64,000 nt of DNA from an uncultured Solirubrobacterales bacterium (GCA_937872475.1 CALMSY010000025.1:6379-70378); one strand, 5' to 3'. Counted from the stretch's first letter, positions 1 to 10,590 are shown. Made by a program: numbers and translations. The notes: generated by a model not told the origin, from the sequence alone.

Positions 1-608
1 TCGGTCGCCGGGTACTTGACGCCGACCGTGGTGCCGCCCGGAAGAGGTTCGGCATCGACCCGAAGGAGAAATGTCTGCTGGTTATGGGTGGGAGCCAGGG
101 AGCGCGGAGCATCAATTTTGCCGCGGTCGAAGCCCTGGCCGAGCGGGAAGGCCGTGATTTCCAGGTTGTGCACGTTTCCGGCTCACGGGATTTCCGGGAA
201 GTCGGGAAGCGCCTGGCTGACGCTCCCCACGGGGACGGATACACCCTGCTCGAGTACGAGCCGGACATGGGTGACGGGATTGCGGCGAGTGATCTTGCTC
301 TGGCTCGCTCCGGTGCTTCGGTCTTCGAGCTTGCCGCTCTTGGCCGGGCTGCCGTTCTGGTCCCGTATCCCTTCGCGACAGCCGATCATCAGACCGCGAA
401 TGCCCGGTGGATGGCCGATGCCGGTGCCGCAGTAATCGTGCCGGACGGTGAGCTTGATGCGGACCGCCTGCTTCGCGAAGTCAAAGCCATTTTCGATGAC
501 GAGACTTGCCTGGCCGGAATGTCCTCTGCGTCGAAGGCACTGGCCAGGCCTGGAGCGGCGACCGATGTGGCCGGAGAAGTACTCGACCTGATTGAGGCAG
601 GCAGATGA
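1..608 (+). CDS. murG: MurG glycosyltransferase (lipid II synthesis), C-terminal part; 5' end lies outside the window
   Basis: The frame is open from the window edge (codons from nt 3: ...KEKCLLVMGGSQGA...). It has the GGSQGA motif typical of MurG. An ATGA overlap joins it to murC. Confidence 0.9.
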   Translation, partial: GRRVLDADRGAARKRFGIDPKEKCLLVMGGSQGARSINFAAVEALAEREGRDFQVVHVSGSRDFREVGKRLADAPHGDGYTLLEYEPDMGDGIAASDLALARSGASVFELAALGRAAVLVPYPFATADHQTANARWMADAGAAVIVPDGELDADRLLREVKAIFDDETCLAGMSSASKALARPGAATDVAGEVLDLIEAGR

Positions 609-1915
609 GCTGGGAGGGAAGGCGCATCCATCTGATCGGGATTGGCGGCGCCGGAATGTCTGGCCTCGCCTGGGCCTGTCATCGACTTGGTGCCGAGGTA
701 ACAGGGAGCGACCGCTCAGAATCTTCGTATGTGTCCCGACTTAGGCGGGCCGGGATCGAGATCATGGTCGGCCACGATGCTTCGAACCTGCCGGATCTCG
801 CAGAGATCGTTGTGTCAACTGCGATCCCGGGAGAAAACCCGGAGCTCGCTGCTGCACGGGAACGGGGCCTTGCCGTCCGGCATCGTTCCGAACTGCTCGC
901 CGAACTCTGTTCCGCCCGCAAGGCGATTGCGGTGGCCGGCACCCACGGCAAGACAACCACCACCGGGATGCTGGTTCATGCCCTGAGGGAACTTGGTGAA
1001 GATGCCGGCTTCTTCATCGGTGGAGAGCTGCCGGGTGCGGGCCCGGACGGTGAGCCCGCAAACAGCGGCTGGGGAGAAGGCGACTGGGTTGTGGTCGAAG
1101 CAGATGAGTCAGATGGGAGCTTTCTGGTCCTCACCCCGGAAATTGCGGTGATTACGAACATCGAGATGGACCACCACGCTCGCTGGGCGAATCTGGCAGA
1201 ACTCCGTCAGGCATTCCTGGATTTCGCCTCCAAGGCGTCATCGGCGGTGATCCCGGAGGGCGACACCGATCTGGCGACCGGCCTGGAAGGTCGCCGGGTC
1301 CCCGCGGTGACCGGCTTCTCCTCTACAGGTCCCGGCCCGGAACAGCTCGACCTCGCCGTACCTGGCGAGCACAATCGCCTGAACGCCCGTGCGGCGATCG
1401 GCGCTCTCGCTGCCGTCGGCTTTGCTCCCGATGATTCCGCCCGGGCGCTTTCAACCTTTACGGGGGTGAAGCGGCGCCAGGAATTCAAGGGCGAATTCAA
1501 TGGGGCAAGGGTCTACGACGATTACGCCCATCATCCAACCGAGGTCAAGGCGGCACTCTCGGCTCTAAGGGAATTCAAACCGACCCGGCTGATCGCGGCC
1601 TTCGAGCCGCATCTCTACTCACGGACGAAGATATTCAGCCAGCAATTCGGGCTGGCTCTGGCCGAGGCGGATGAGGTCCTCGTCCTTGATGTCTATCCGG
1701 CCCGTGAGGAGCCGGTCGGTCCTCTCGCCGGAGTCAGCGGGCTTGATGTCCTGAGGGAAGTGGCAGATCGCTCCGGCGGCCGGACTTCCTTCTGGGCTCC
1801 CGACCTCGACACGGCCGAACGAATTCTGCGGACCAGGGCCGGTGATGGCGTGATAATCGCCACGCTTGGGGCGGGCGACATCACCCAGCTTTCTGACCGG
1901 CTGGTTTCAGAGTGA
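605..1915 (+). CDS. murC: UDP-N-acetylmuramate--L-alanine ligase
   Basis: N-terminal IGIGGAGMSGLA and the Mur-ligase P-loop GTHGKTTTT are present. It sits between murG and ftsQ with 4-nt overlaps on both sides. Confidence 0.95.
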   Translation: MSWEGRRIHLIGIGGAGMSGLAWACHRLGAEVTGSDRSESSYVSRLRRAGIEIMVGHDASNLPDLAEIVVSTAIPGENPELAAARERGLAVRHRSELLAELCSARKAIAVAGTHGKTTTTGMLVHALRELGEDAGFFIGGELPGAGPDGEPANSGWGEGDWVVVEADESDGSFLVLTPEIAVITNIEMDHHARWANLAELRQAFLDFASKASSAVIPEGDTDLATGLEGRRVPAVTGFSSTGPGPEQLDLAVPGEHNRLNARAAIGALAAVGFAPDDSARALSTFTGVKRRQEFKGEFNGARVYDDYAHHPTEVKAALSALREFKPTRLIAAFEPHLYSRTKIFSQQFGLALAEADEVLVLDVYPAREEPVGPLAGVSGLDVLREVADRSGGRTSFWAPDLDTAERILRTRAGDGVIIATLGAGDITQLSDRLVSE

Positions 1916-2799
1916 GCCCCGGGCGGCCGGCCCGCGGGAAAAAGGGCGAATCACGGAAGACTCCGGTGAGCCGGACCGCCGAACTGGCACGGAAGCGGGA
2001 ACGCCGGAGCTTCCGCTTGCGGCTGGTTGCGTTTACCGGAGTCATTCTCATCCTGGCTCTCGCGGCGACCTACCAGTTCTGGTTTCGTGATTCTTCCTTC
2101 GTCGAGATCAAGAACCTGGAGATTGTCGGGGTCACCAGCAAGACCGAGGAGGGCAAACAGATCGATGGCGCGGTGCGAACCGCAATGGGGGAGATGACCA
2201 CCCTCAACGTAGATCCGTCCCTGCTTGAGAGTGAGCTGGCCCGTTTCCCGCGGATCGCTGAAAGTGAAATCGAGACCGGTTTCCCCGATTCGGCGACAGT
2301 GACATTGACCCTGCGCGAGAACGGGTCGATCTACGGCGAGGGTTCCGATGCCCTGCTGGTCGCGACCGATGGCACAGTTCTCGGCCCCGCCGCCGGACAG
2401 GAGGACGCGCTGCCCTTGATCGACGCCAGCGATCCTGAGACCAGTGATAGCAACATGGTCGCGGAAGGCGAGACTCTCACTGGCAGTGACTTGACCCAGG
2501 CGCTGGTTCTGGGGGCGGCGCCGCCCGAGATCCGCGCCTTTGTGACCGGTAGCCGCCTGTCTTCCAACGGGGTACTCGTGGATATGGATGACGGGCTGAT
2601 CATGCTCTTCGGAGACAGTTCACACGCCGATGAGAAATGGAGGGCGGCGACCGCGCTGATCGCAGATCCGAACTTCGATACCGGCAGTTATGTCGACTTG
2701 ACAGTGCCGCGCCGACCAGCGGTCAGCGCCGAGGCCCCGGCTCCGGCCCCGCCGGAAGAGCCACAGGTGGAGTCCGCTGGAGCGGTCACGGAGGGATGA
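1912..2799 (+). CDS. ftsQ: Cell division protein FtsQ (basic N-terminus, one TM helix, POTRA-like region)
   Basis: The GTG start overlaps the murC stop (GTGA). The TM segment is LVAFTGVILILALAATY, followed by FVEIKNLEIVGV (POTRA start). Its position directly upstream of ftsZ fits. Confidence 0.75.
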   Translation: MSPGRPARGKKGESRKTPVSRTAELARKRERRSFRLRLVAFTGVILILALAATYQFWFRDSSFVEIKNLEIVGVTSKTEEGKQIDGAVRTAMGEMTTLNVDPSLLESELARFPRIAESEIETGFPDSATVTLTLRENGSIYGEGSDALLVATDGTVLGPAAGQEDALPLIDASDPETSDSNMVAEGETLTGSDLTQALVLGAAPPEIRAFVTGSRLSSNGVLVDMDDGLIMLFGDSSHADEKWRAATALIADPNFDTGSYVDLTVPRRPAVSAEAPAPAPPEEPQVESAGAVTEG

Positions 2800-2955
2800 C
2801 TGCGCGGGGGACGAATGTCGCCTGTGATCAGGGCTTGCGGTCAGAGGAGCGAAGCCACGGCCGGGTCCGGGCCTGAAGCTCGATCATAGCTTTACGGTTC
2901 GAAAGCCCTCAAGTGATAGTCGAGGTATTGGCCATGCAGGATGCCGTGCGGCCCG

Positions 2956-2984
2956 TTGACAGAAATGCACGAATGCCATACGTT
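2956..2984 (+). promoter_or_regulatory. Candidate sigma-70-type promoter for ftsZ (TTGACA-17 nt-TACGTT)
   Basis: A perfect -35 hexamer lies at 2956-2961, followed by a 17-nt spacer and a TANNNT-type -10 at 2979-2984. It sits inside the comparatively AT-richer 285-nt ftsQ-ftsZ spacer. Confidence 0.3.
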
Positions 2985-3084
2985 GAGCGACATTTCCGGT
3001 ATCCGGCTGGCCTCGGCAACCCTTAAGCGGGGCTGAAGGCTGGAGGTTCCGGAGGCTTCAACTCAACAGATTTGGAATGGAAAG

Positions 3085-4164
3085 ATGGAGACCACATACC
3101 TGGCGGTAATCAAAGTCGTCGGCTGCGGCGGCGGAGGCACCAATGCGGTGAGCCGCATGGTCGATGCCGGAGTCCGAGGTGTCGAATTCATCGCAGTCAA
3201 CACCGACGCCCAGGCCTTGCAGGCCTGTGATGCGGACATCAAGATTTCAATCGGGCAGGAACTGACCCGGGGCCTGGGCGCCGGCGGGCGGCCCGAGATC
3301 GGCGCGGGCGCCGCGGCGGAAACCCGTGACGAGATCAAGGAAGCACTCAAGGGTGCCGACATGGTTTTCGTCACAGCAGGTGAAGGAGGCGGCACCGGTA
3401 CCGGTTCCGCGCCGGTAATCGCCGAGATCGCGAAAGAAGAGATCGGTGCCCTCACGGTCGGTGCGGTGACCAAGCCCTTCGAGTTCGAGGGCAAGAAGCG
3501 GATGCAGCAGGCGATGGAAGGCATCGAGAAGCTGCGCAATCACGTTGACACGCTGATCATCGTTCCCAACGAAAAGCTGCTTCAGGCAGTCGAGCGGAGA
3601 ACCAGCGTCCTCGATGCCTTCAAGATGGCCGACGACATCCTGCGACAGGGCGTCCAGGGAATCACCGACCTGATCACCATCCCCGGCCTGATCAACCTCG
3701 ACTTTGCCGACGTGCGCACCATCATGCGCGACGCCGGTTCCGCCCTGATGGGTGTCGGGGCCGGCCAGGGCGAGAACCGGGCGATCGATGCCGCCAAGGC
3801 TGCAATCACCTCGCCGCTCATCGAGGAGTCGATCAAGGGCGCGACCGGCATGCTGCTGAACATCACCGGCCCGGAAGAACTCGGACTTTTCGAAGTAAAC
3901 GAGGCAGCCCAGCTGGTCCAGTCGGAAGCCGACCCGAACGCCAACATCATTTTCGGCTCGGTAGTCGACCAGTCACTGGTCGACGAAGTCCGGGTGACCG
4001 TGATCGCGACCGGCTTCGAAGGCTTCGAGCTCCTCGCCCGGACTCCACAAAGAGTCCGGCGCCGCTACGAATCCCGCAAGCGGGTTACTTCCGACGACAC
4101 TGATCTCAGCAACCTCAGGGTCGGGGATTCCGACATCGAGGTACCACCCTTCCTGCGGGACTGA
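3085..4164 (+). CDS. ftsZ: Cell division GTPase FtsZ
   Basis: It carries the tubulin signature [12 protein letters not shown], the T7 loop region, and the conserved C-terminal peptide DIEVPPFLR. Confidence 0.97.
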   Translation: METTYLAVIKVVGCGGGGTNAVSRMVDAGVRGVEFIAVNTDAQALQACDADIKISIGQELTRGLGAGGRPEIGAGAAAETRDEIKEALKGADMVFVTAGEGGGTGTGSAPVIAEIAKEEIGALTVGAVTKPFEFEGKKRMQQAMEGIEKLRNHVDTLIIVPNEKLLQAVERRTSVLDAFKMADDILRQGVQGITDLITIPGLINLDFADVRTIMRDAGSALMGVGAGQGENRAIDAAKAAITSPLIEESIKGATGMLLNITGPEELGLFEVNEAAQLVQSEADPNANIIFGSVVDQSLVDEVRVTVIATGFEGFELLARTPQRVRRRYESRKRVTSDDTDLSNLRVGDSDIEVPPFLRD

Positions 4165-4185
4165 ACCGATCGGGCAACCCGCCCG

Positions 4186-4205
4186 CCACCAGCCATGGCT
4201 GGTGG
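4186..4205 (+). terminator. Perfect 20-nt palindrome after ftsZ (possible U-tract-less terminator)
   Basis: ccaccagccatggctggtgg is self-complementary and begins 22 nt after the ftsZ stop. No T-run follows it. Confidence 0.3.
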
Positions 4206-4321
4206 GTCCCGGGCCACGGCCTGGAGGGGCGCCGTCGGGGGCTGGCCTGGACTGTGTACGCCAGGTATCCCCGGCAACGCCCGTCCTGACCAGGAGCGCC
4301 CGGGTTATCTAAGATCTGCGA

Positions 4322-5410
4322 GTGACTGTTGAACAATCCGCCCTGAGGCGGACTCCTCTGTATGACACGCATTTCGAGGCTGGCGCGAAGATCGTGCCGT
4401 TCGCAGGCTGGGAGATGCCGGTCCAATACGACGGGATCAAGGAGGAGCACGTCGCGGTACGGACTCATGCCGGGATATTCGATACCTCTCATATGGGGCA
4501 GATCGAAGTTGAAGGCCCCGGCTCGCTCGCCTTTCTCCAGCGGCTGGTCACCAACGATGTGGCGAAGATCGAGGTTGGCGGGGCCCAGTATTCGCTGCTG
4601 CTGAACGAGGATGCGGGCGTCATCGACGACCTCTTCGTCTACCGGCTCGGCCATGACCGGTATCTGGTCATTACCAACGCCGGCAACCACGAAGCAGACC
4701 TTGTCCAGTTCGGCCGTGTCAGCCGCGTTTTTGATGTGTATGTGCGGGATGCGATCGACAATTACGCGATGCTGGCCATTCAGGGGCCGAACGCCCGCCG
4801 GATAGTCGGAAACACCCTCAACATCGACCTGCCGGCCCGAATGAAGGTGGGTGCCCGCAAGATCGGACGCCGGCCCGCTCTCGTCTGCGGCACTGGCTAT
4901 ACGGGCGAGGACGGGGTGGAAATTCTGATCGACCCGGAGATTGCCCCGGCGATCTGGACCGAACTGGTCGATTCGGGGATAGTGCCTTGCGGCCTGGGTG
5001 CCCGCGACACGCTGCGGCTTGAGGTTTGCTTCCACCTTCACGGCAACGATCTCTCAACCGATTCCGATCCGATCTCGGCCGGACTCGGATGGGCCTGCGA
5101 CGAATCGACGGACTTCATCGGGTCCGGCAAGGTGGCGGTGCTGCGGAACAACGGAACCGATGAGCGACTGGCACCATTCACGATCGAAGGAGCTGGCATC
5201 CCCCGCCACGGCAATCCCGTGCTGATCGGTGACGAGGTGGTCGGCGAGGTGACCAGCGGTACATTTTCGCCGTCGCTCGAGAAGGGCATTGGCATGGCGT
5301 ACCTGCGAAGTGACCTGGCCGCTCCCGGCACCGAACTTGAAATCGATGTGCGCGGAAAGCGTCGGGCGGCCCGCGTAAGCTCCAAGCCCCTTTACAAGAA
5401 GGAGAAGTGA
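4322..5410 (+). CDS. gcvT: Glycine cleavage system aminomethyltransferase (T protein)
   Basis: The N-terminus [27 protein letters not shown] is typical of GcvT. It is followed by gcvH and gcvP. Confidence 0.93.
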   Translation: MTVEQSALRRTPLYDTHFEAGAKIVPFAGWEMPVQYDGIKEEHVAVRTHAGIFDTSHMGQIEVEGPGSLAFLQRLVTNDVAKIEVGGAQYSLLLNEDAGVIDDLFVYRLGHDRYLVITNAGNHEADLVQFGRVSRVFDVYVRDAIDNYAMLAIQGPNARRIVGNTLNIDLPARMKVGARKIGRRPALVCGTGYTGEDGVEILIDPEIAPAIWTELVDSGIVPCGLGARDTLRLEVCFHLHGNDLSTDSDPISAGLGWACDESTDFIGSGKVAVLRNNGTDERLAPFTIEGAGIPRHGNPVLIGDEVVGEVTSGTFSPSLEKGIGMAYLRSDLAAPGTELEIDVRGKRRAARVSSKPLYKKEK

Positions 5411-5414
5411 GATT

Positions 5415-5801
5415 TTGGCCGAGGCGAGCTACCCGGAAGACCTGAAGTACCACCCCGAGCATGACTGGGCCCGGATCGAGGGTGGCGAAGCAACCCTGGG
5501 TATCACCTGGTACGCCCAGGACTCGCTGGGAGAGGTCGTTTTCTTCGAAGGTCCCGAAATCGGCTCCGAAGTCACGAAAGATCAGCCCTACGCCGAGGTT
5601 GAATCGGTCAAGGCCGTCTCCGATGTGGTCGCCCCGCTAACCGGTGAGGTGATCGCGGTCAACGACACTCTCGGTGACGCCCCCGAAGCAATCAATGCCG
5701 ATCCGTATGAGACGGGCTGGCTGGTGAAGATCCGCCTGAGCGACCCTTCCGAAATGGATTCCCTGATGGATGCGGCGGCCTATTCCGCCAGCCTGGAGTA
5801 G
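5415..5801 (+). CDS. gcvH: Glycine cleavage system H protein (lipoyl carrier)
   Basis: The lipoyl-lysine motif EVESVKAVSD is present. An AAGGAGAAG Shine-Dalgarno sequence lies upstream of the TTG start. Confidence 0.93.
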   Translation: MAEASYPEDLKYHPEHDWARIEGGEATLGITWYAQDSLGEVVFFEGPEIGSEVTKDQPYAEVESVKAVSDVVAPLTGEVIAVNDTLGDAPEAINADPYETGWLVKIRLSDPSEMDSLMDAAAYSASLE

Positions 5802-5807
5802 ACCGGC

Positions 5808-7253
5808 TTGGCGGGTTACACACCGGCTACAGGTGACGAACAGGCCGAGATGCTGGACGCGATCGGGATCGACTCGATCGATGAGCTCTTTGCCCAGGTC
5901 CCGGCCGATATCCGGCTAAATCGCCCCCTGGACCTCGAAGACGGGATGAGCGAATCCGAGGTCTACCGCTTCCTGGCGGGTCTGGCCGACACCAACCTCG
6001 ACGCCGAACGAATCCCGTCGTCCCTCGGGGGGGGGATGTACGCCCACTCCGTGCCGGCGACCGCCGATGCGATCACCGGCCGTTCGGAGTTCCTCACGCC
6101 GTACACGCCGTATCAGCCGGAAGTCTCGCAGGGTGGCTTGCAGGTGATGTTCGAATTCCAGACCGCGATGAGCGAGATCACCGGATTGCCGGTCTCCAAC
6201 GCCGGGCTCTACGAAGGACCCTCGGCCGCCGCCTCGGCCGCTTACCTGGCGATGGGGCAGACCGGAAGGACCGGTCTGGTTACTTCCCGCGGGCTCCATC
6301 CGCACAGTCGGGAAACCCTCGCTACCCACGCAGTCGGCTTCGGGGCAACGCTTACCGAAGTTGGACTTGATGGCGGCCTGACCAGCGGCGAGGAGCTCGA
6401 AGCCGCGGTGACTGAAGACACGGCGGCCGTTTTCCTCCAGAACCCGAACTTTCTCGGCGCGGTCGAGGACATCACGGCCCTGGGCGAAGCGGTCAAGGCA
6501 AAGGGTGCCCTGCTTGTCGTCCAGGTTGATCCGATGACGCTCGGAATCCTTCGGCCACCCGGCGAATGCGGCGCCGACATCGCCTACGGTGAAGGCCAGC
6601 CACTTGGTAACCGGCTTGATTTCGGTGGCCCATCGTTCGGTTTCTTTTGTGCGAAGGAGGAGTACCTGCGAAAGATGCCGGGCCGGATCGCCGGCGAGAC
6701 CACGGATGTCGACGGACGCCGCGGCTTTGTCCTCACCCTTCAGACCCGTGAGCAGCACATTCGCAGGGAGAAGGCAACCTCGAATATCTGCACCGCCCAG
6801 GCACTGAACTCGCTGGCCGGGATGATCCACCTCGCCTGGCTGGGCAAAGAGGGCTTTGTCGAGCTCGGGGAACTGATGGCGCGCCGCACGGCCTACGCCC
6901 GCCGGCTGATTGGCGGACTCGACGGTTTCGAGCTGCTTCATGACGCACCGGTGGTGCGGGAGTTCGCGGTTCGTTCGGATCGTCCAGTCGAGGAGCTTCT
7001 GCCGCTGGGCGACGAATCGGACGGACCGGCACCGAAGCTCCCGGTCTATCCGCTCGGCCGGGACTACCCCGAGTACGAGGACTGCTTCCTGGTCGCGATC
7101 ACCGAGAACCGCTCGGTTGACGAGATCGGCTGGCTGGCTCACATGCTTGAACATGCCCAGGCCGGATGGGGAGAGCACATACACGATCATGACGAGGCCG
7201 GCGAGCCGGTCGCGAACGATCACGATGGAGCCGTGACGGGAGCGGTCAAGTGA
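5808..7253 (+). CDS. gcvPA: Glycine dehydrogenase (decarboxylating) subunit 1
   Basis: The N-terminus is Y-P-x-T-x(2)-E-x(3)-ML-x(2)-IG. A GTGA overlap joins it to subunit 2. Confidence 0.92.
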   Translation: MAGYTPATGDEQAEMLDAIGIDSIDELFAQVPADIRLNRPLDLEDGMSESEVYRFLAGLADTNLDAERIPSSLGGGMYAHSVPATADAITGRSEFLTPYTPYQPEVSQGGLQVMFEFQTAMSEITGLPVSNAGLYEGPSAAASAAYLAMGQTGRTGLVTSRGLHPHSRETLATHAVGFGATLTEVGLDGGLTSGEELEAAVTEDTAAVFLQNPNFLGAVEDITALGEAVKAKGALLVVQVDPMTLGILRPPGECGADIAYGEGQPLGNRLDFGGPSFGFFCAKEEYLRKMPGRIAGETTDVDGRRGFVLTLQTREQHIRREKATSNICTAQALNSLAGMIHLAWLGKEGFVELGELMARRTAYARRLIGGLDGFELLHDAPVVREFAVRSDRPVEELLPLGDESDGPAPKLPVYPLGRDYPEYEDCFLVAITENRSVDEIGWLAHMLEHAQAGWGEHIHDHDEAGEPVANDHDGAVTGAVK

Positions 7254-8767
7254 GCACTCCGACTCTCACCGAAACCCCGCAGCAGGCCGAACAGCCGGCC
7301 ACTATCTACGAGAAGTCCGTTCCCGGGCGTCGGGCTGCCCAGTTGCCGCCGCTCGGTGATGGCGTGGCGGAAATTCCGCTTGAGGAGCTGATCCCGGCAA
7401 ATCTGCTCAGGGAGAAGCCGGCCGGACTGCCGGAAGTCTCCGAGCCCGAGATCATCCGTCACTACAACCGGCTTTCCCGCCGGAACTTTGATCTCGACAC
7501 AGGTTTCTATCCGCTCGGTTCCTGCACCATGAAGTACAACCCGCGCCTGAACGAGAGGGTTGCCGCACTGCCTGGCCATGCGAAGCTTCACCCGGCAACC
7601 GACCCGGCGGACGCACAGGGCGCACTGCAGCTGATGTATCTGCTCCAGGAGTCGCTTGCGGAGATCACTGGCCTGCCGACCGTGAGTCTTCAGCCTTCCG
7701 CCGGGTCCCAGGGTGAACTTGCCGGTTTGCTCTTGACCCGGGCCTACCATGCCGATCAGGGCCGGAACCCGGGCAAGGTTCTCACTCCCGACACCGCCCA
7801 CGGGACAAACCCGGCATCGGTCACGATGGCCGGATACGAAGTGGTCAAGGTCGCGACCAACGAAAAGGGTGGGGTCGACGTTGCGGATCTCAAGTCGAAG
7901 ATCGACGATGACGTTGCCTGCCTGATGCTGACCAACCCCAACACGCTCGGGGTTTTCGACGAAAACATCGCCGAAATGGCTGGACTGGTCCACGAAGCAG
8001 GCGGGCTGCTCTACTACGACGGAGCGAATCTGAACGCGATCATGGGGCAGGCGAGGCCGGGGGACATGGGCTTCGACATCGTCCATGTCAACCTGCACAA
8101 ATCCTTCTCTCAGCCGCATGGCGGGGGCGGGCCGGGTGCCGGTCCGATCGCGGTCTCGGAGCGTGTGGAGCCTTTCATTCCGCGACCGCAGGTGGTGCGG
8201 ATGGAGGAAGGCGACGATGTCTTTTTCGATCTCGATTTCGACCGGCCGAAGTCAATTGGCCGGCTGCGTGGATTCCAGGGCAACTTCGGAGTCTTCGTGC
8301 GCTCCCTCGCCTACATCCTCAGCCTCGGTGGTGACGGTCTGACGGAGGCATCGCGGCTCGCTGTGCTGAACGCGAATTACCTCAAGAAGCGGCTTTCCGA
8401 TGGCCGCGCCGGCAGGTACCTTCCGGTCGCCTTCGACCGTCACTGCATGCATGAGTTCGTCCTCTCCGGGGCCCCGATGAAGAAGGACCTCGGAATCAAA
8501 ACGCTCGACCTGGCCAAGCGGTTGCTCGATTTCGGCTTTCACCCGCCGACCGTCTATTTCCCTTTGCTGGTCGATGAGGCGCTGATGATCGAACCGGTGG
8601 AGACCGAGGCGAAGGAGCATCTTGATGCATTCGCCGATGCGATCGAGAAGATTCTCGAGGAAGCCGAGACTGATCCGGGCATCGCGCAGAACGCGCCGTA
8701 CACCACGCCGGTGAGGAGGCTTGACGAAGTGGGCGCCACCAGAAATCCTCGCATTCGTCACGCGTAA
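7250..8767 (+). CDS. gcvPB: Glycine dehydrogenase (decarboxylating) subunit 2
   Basis: The PLP-lysine region VNLHKSFSQPHGGGGPG is characteristic of GcvPB. Confidence 0.93.
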   Translation: MSTPTLTETPQQAEQPATIYEKSVPGRRAAQLPPLGDGVAEIPLEELIPANLLREKPAGLPEVSEPEIIRHYNRLSRRNFDLDTGFYPLGSCTMKYNPRLNERVAALPGHAKLHPATDPADAQGALQLMYLLQESLAEITGLPTVSLQPSAGSQGELAGLLLTRAYHADQGRNPGKVLTPDTAHGTNPASVTMAGYEVVKVATNEKGGVDVADLKSKIDDDVACLMLTNPNTLGVFDENIAEMAGLVHEAGGLLYYDGANLNAIMGQARPGDMGFDIVHVNLHKSFSQPHGGGGPGAGPIAVSERVEPFIPRPQVVRMEEGDDVFFDLDFDRPKSIGRLRGFQGNFGVFVRSLAYILSLGGDGLTEASRLAVLNANYLKKRLSDGRAGRYLPVAFDRHCMHEFVLSGAPMKKDLGIKTLDLAKRLLDFGFHPPTVYFPLLVDEALMIEPVETEAKEHLDAFADAIEKILEEAETDPGIAQNAPYTTPVRRLDEVGATRNPRIRHA

Positions 8768-8816
8768 TAGGCTGCTTTCCGCCTTTTACCGAACCTGAAC
8801 GAAGCGGAGTGACCGA

Positions 8817-9965
8817 ATGAGTGATGCCCAGTACGCCCTGACCCAGGACCAGCTCGACTTCCTCGAGGTGATCCGGCAGATGGTGGTCGAGAAGGTCACC
8901 CCGCGTGCCCATGACATCGACGAGTCCGGTGAGTTTCCGCAGGACATCCGCCAGCTCTTTGCCGACCACGACCTCTTCGGGCTGCCATTCGAGGAAAAGC
9001 ACGGTGGCACGGGCACCGGTGAACTGATGCTCTGCGCCGCGGTTGAAGAGATCGCCAAAGGCTGCGCGTCATCGTCACTGATGGTTGCCGCCCAGGATCT
9101 TTCTTCGCTACCGATGAAGCTTCACGGCTCCGATGAGCTGAAAGACCGGATCCTGCCGAGAATGGCCTCGGGCGAATGGCTCGGCGCTTTCTGCCTTTCG
9201 GAACCGGATGCCGGGTCCGACCCGGGCGCAATGCGCACCCGAGCCACGAAGGTCGACGGCGGCTGGAAGCTGAACGGAGCCAAGAACTGGATCACCAACT
9301 CCGGGGTGGCTGACGTTTACGTCACCTTCGCGGTTACCGATCCCGACGTGAAATTCTCCCGTGGCATCACAGCCTTTGCGGTCATGGCCGATGCCGAAGG
9401 CTTCCGGATTGACGCTCTCGAGAAGAAGATGGGCATGAAGGGTTCACCGACCGGCCAGCCCGTCTACGAGGATGTCTTCGTCCCCGACGAGGACGTGATC
9501 GGCGAGGTCGGAAGGGGCTTTACCGTCGCCATGCAGACCCTTGACCGCTCACGACTCGGGATCGGTGCCCAGGCACTCGGCATCGCGCAGGGCGCGACCG
9601 ACTTTGCTGCGGACTACGCCCGCGAGCGGATCGCTTTCGGCAAACCGATCAACCAGCTTCAGGGCATCCAGTTCAAGCTTGCCGATATGGAAACCAAGAC
9701 CGCCGCGGCCCGTGAACTTCTCTACAAAGCCGCTTCGATGGCTGAAGCCGGCGACCCGAAGCTTGGCAAGTACTCGGCGATGGCCAAGCTTTTCGCTTCC
9801 GACGTCGCGATGGAAGTGACCACGGAAGCGGTCCAGGTGCTTGGCGGTTACGGCTACGTCCGCGAATACCCGGTCGAACGGATGATGCGCGACGCCAAGC
9901 TCACTCAGATCTACGAGGGCACGAACGAGATTCAGCGAGTAGTGATCGCCCGCACTCTGGCCTGA
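8817..9965 (+). CDS. Acyl-CoA dehydrogenase family protein
   Basis: Motifs CLSEPDAGSDPGAM and the C-terminal QIYEGTNEIQR are typical of the ACAD family. Confidence 0.85.
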   Translation: MSDAQYALTQDQLDFLEVIRQMVVEKVTPRAHDIDESGEFPQDIRQLFADHDLFGLPFEEKHGGTGTGELMLCAAVEEIAKGCASSSLMVAAQDLSSLPMKLHGSDELKDRILPRMASGEWLGAFCLSEPDAGSDPGAMRTRATKVDGGWKLNGAKNWITNSGVADVYVTFAVTDPDVKFSRGITAFAVMADAEGFRIDALEKKMGMKGSPTGQPVYEDVFVPDEDVIGEVGRGFTVAMQTLDRSRLGIGAQALGIAQGATDFAADYARERIAFGKPINQLQGIQFKLADMETKTAAARELLYKAASMAEAGDPKLGKYSAMAKLFASDVAMEVTTEAVQVLGGYGYVREYPVERMMRDAKLTQIYEGTNEIQRVVIARTLA

Positions 9966-9987
9966 AGGTCGCGGCGACGCGGCGGGA

Positions 9988-10026
9988 CCGGGCAGGCCTC
10001 CCTGGAACGGACGCGGGCCTGTCCGG
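9988..10026. terminator. Hairpin between the convergent acyl-CoA dehydrogenase and HxlR genes
   Basis: Arms ccgggcaggcc and ggcctgtccgg pair at 10 of 11 positions, with a 17-nt loop. The hairpin lies in the 72-nt convergent spacer. Confidence 0.3.
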
Positions 10027-10037
10027 CTCAAGTCAAG

Positions 10038-10538
10038 TCAGGCGGGGACTTTGGGGAGGTCTTCCACTTTTCGGCCGGGGCCGGCTTTCAGGTAGACGCG
10101 GTCCGCCTCGACTGACTCGCCGCACTGCTGACAAATCATGTGGTGATCCAGCTTGCCGCCACAGGTGCGGTGGACGGCGATGGTCGGGGCACCGTTCTGC
10201 TCGGGGTAGTAGCGGTCGCCCCACCACATCAACTGAAGGAGCGCGGGGCCGAGGTTCCGGCCTTTTTCAGTCAGGTGGTATTCGTAGCGGGGAGGCTTCT
10301 CGCTGTATTGGCGCTTCTCGAGGATGCCGTATTCGATCAGCGCGTTGAGGCGGGTGGTGAGGACACTGCGAGTGATTCCGAGGTTCTCCCGGAGTGGCTC
10401 GAACCGGTTCAGGCCCAAACCGATATTTCGAATAATCAGCAGCGACCAGCGCTCACCGACCACTTCGAGCGAACGGGCGATCGAACAGACCTGATTGTCG
10501 TAATCACGATCGAGCACTGCCAGGATTGTAACGCGCAA
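10038..10538 (-). CDS. HxlR-family winged-helix transcriptional regulator with a Cys/His-rich C-terminal extension
   Basis: The HxlR core is CSIARSLEVVGERWSLLIIRN...YHLTEKG. The C-terminal tail is HRTCGGKLDHHMICQQCGE. The TTG start is uncertain. Confidence 0.8.
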   Translation of the reverse strand: MRVTILAVLDRDYDNQVCSIARSLEVVGERWSLLIIRNIGLGLNRFEPLRENLGITRSVLTTRLNALIEYGILEKRQYSEKPPRYEYHLTEKGRNLGPALLQLMWWGDRYYPEQNGAPTIAVHRTCGGKLDHHMICQQCGESVEADRVYLKAGPGRKVEDLPKVPA

Positions 10539-10553
10539 GTCGCATCATGCGAC
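10539..10553. promoter_or_regulatory. Perfect 7-1-7 palindrome abutting the HxlR start (candidate operator)
   Basis: gtcgcat-c-atgcgac lies immediately upstream of the predicted start codon of the regulator. Confidence 0.25.
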
Positions 10554-10590
10554 CGATGAAGCGGAGAGATCCCAGCCAACGTCCGGCCGG

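Noticed and set aside
4165-4321. Possible glycine riboswitch in the 157-nt GC-rich spacer upstream of gcvT (contains CUGGAGGGGCGCCGUCGGGGGC)
   Set aside because: The invariant cores of the glycine aptamer (GGAGAG ... CACCGAAGGGGCAA ... CUCAGGCAAAAGGAC) are not present. Only loose resemblance remains. It would need cmsearch with RF00504 to revive the idea.
5916-7223. 435-aa minus-strand ORF antisense to gcvPA
   Set aside because: This is a typical long antisense ORF of GC-rich DNA. The translation is R/G/P-rich with no recognisable domain, while the plus strand encodes an unmistakable GcvPA.
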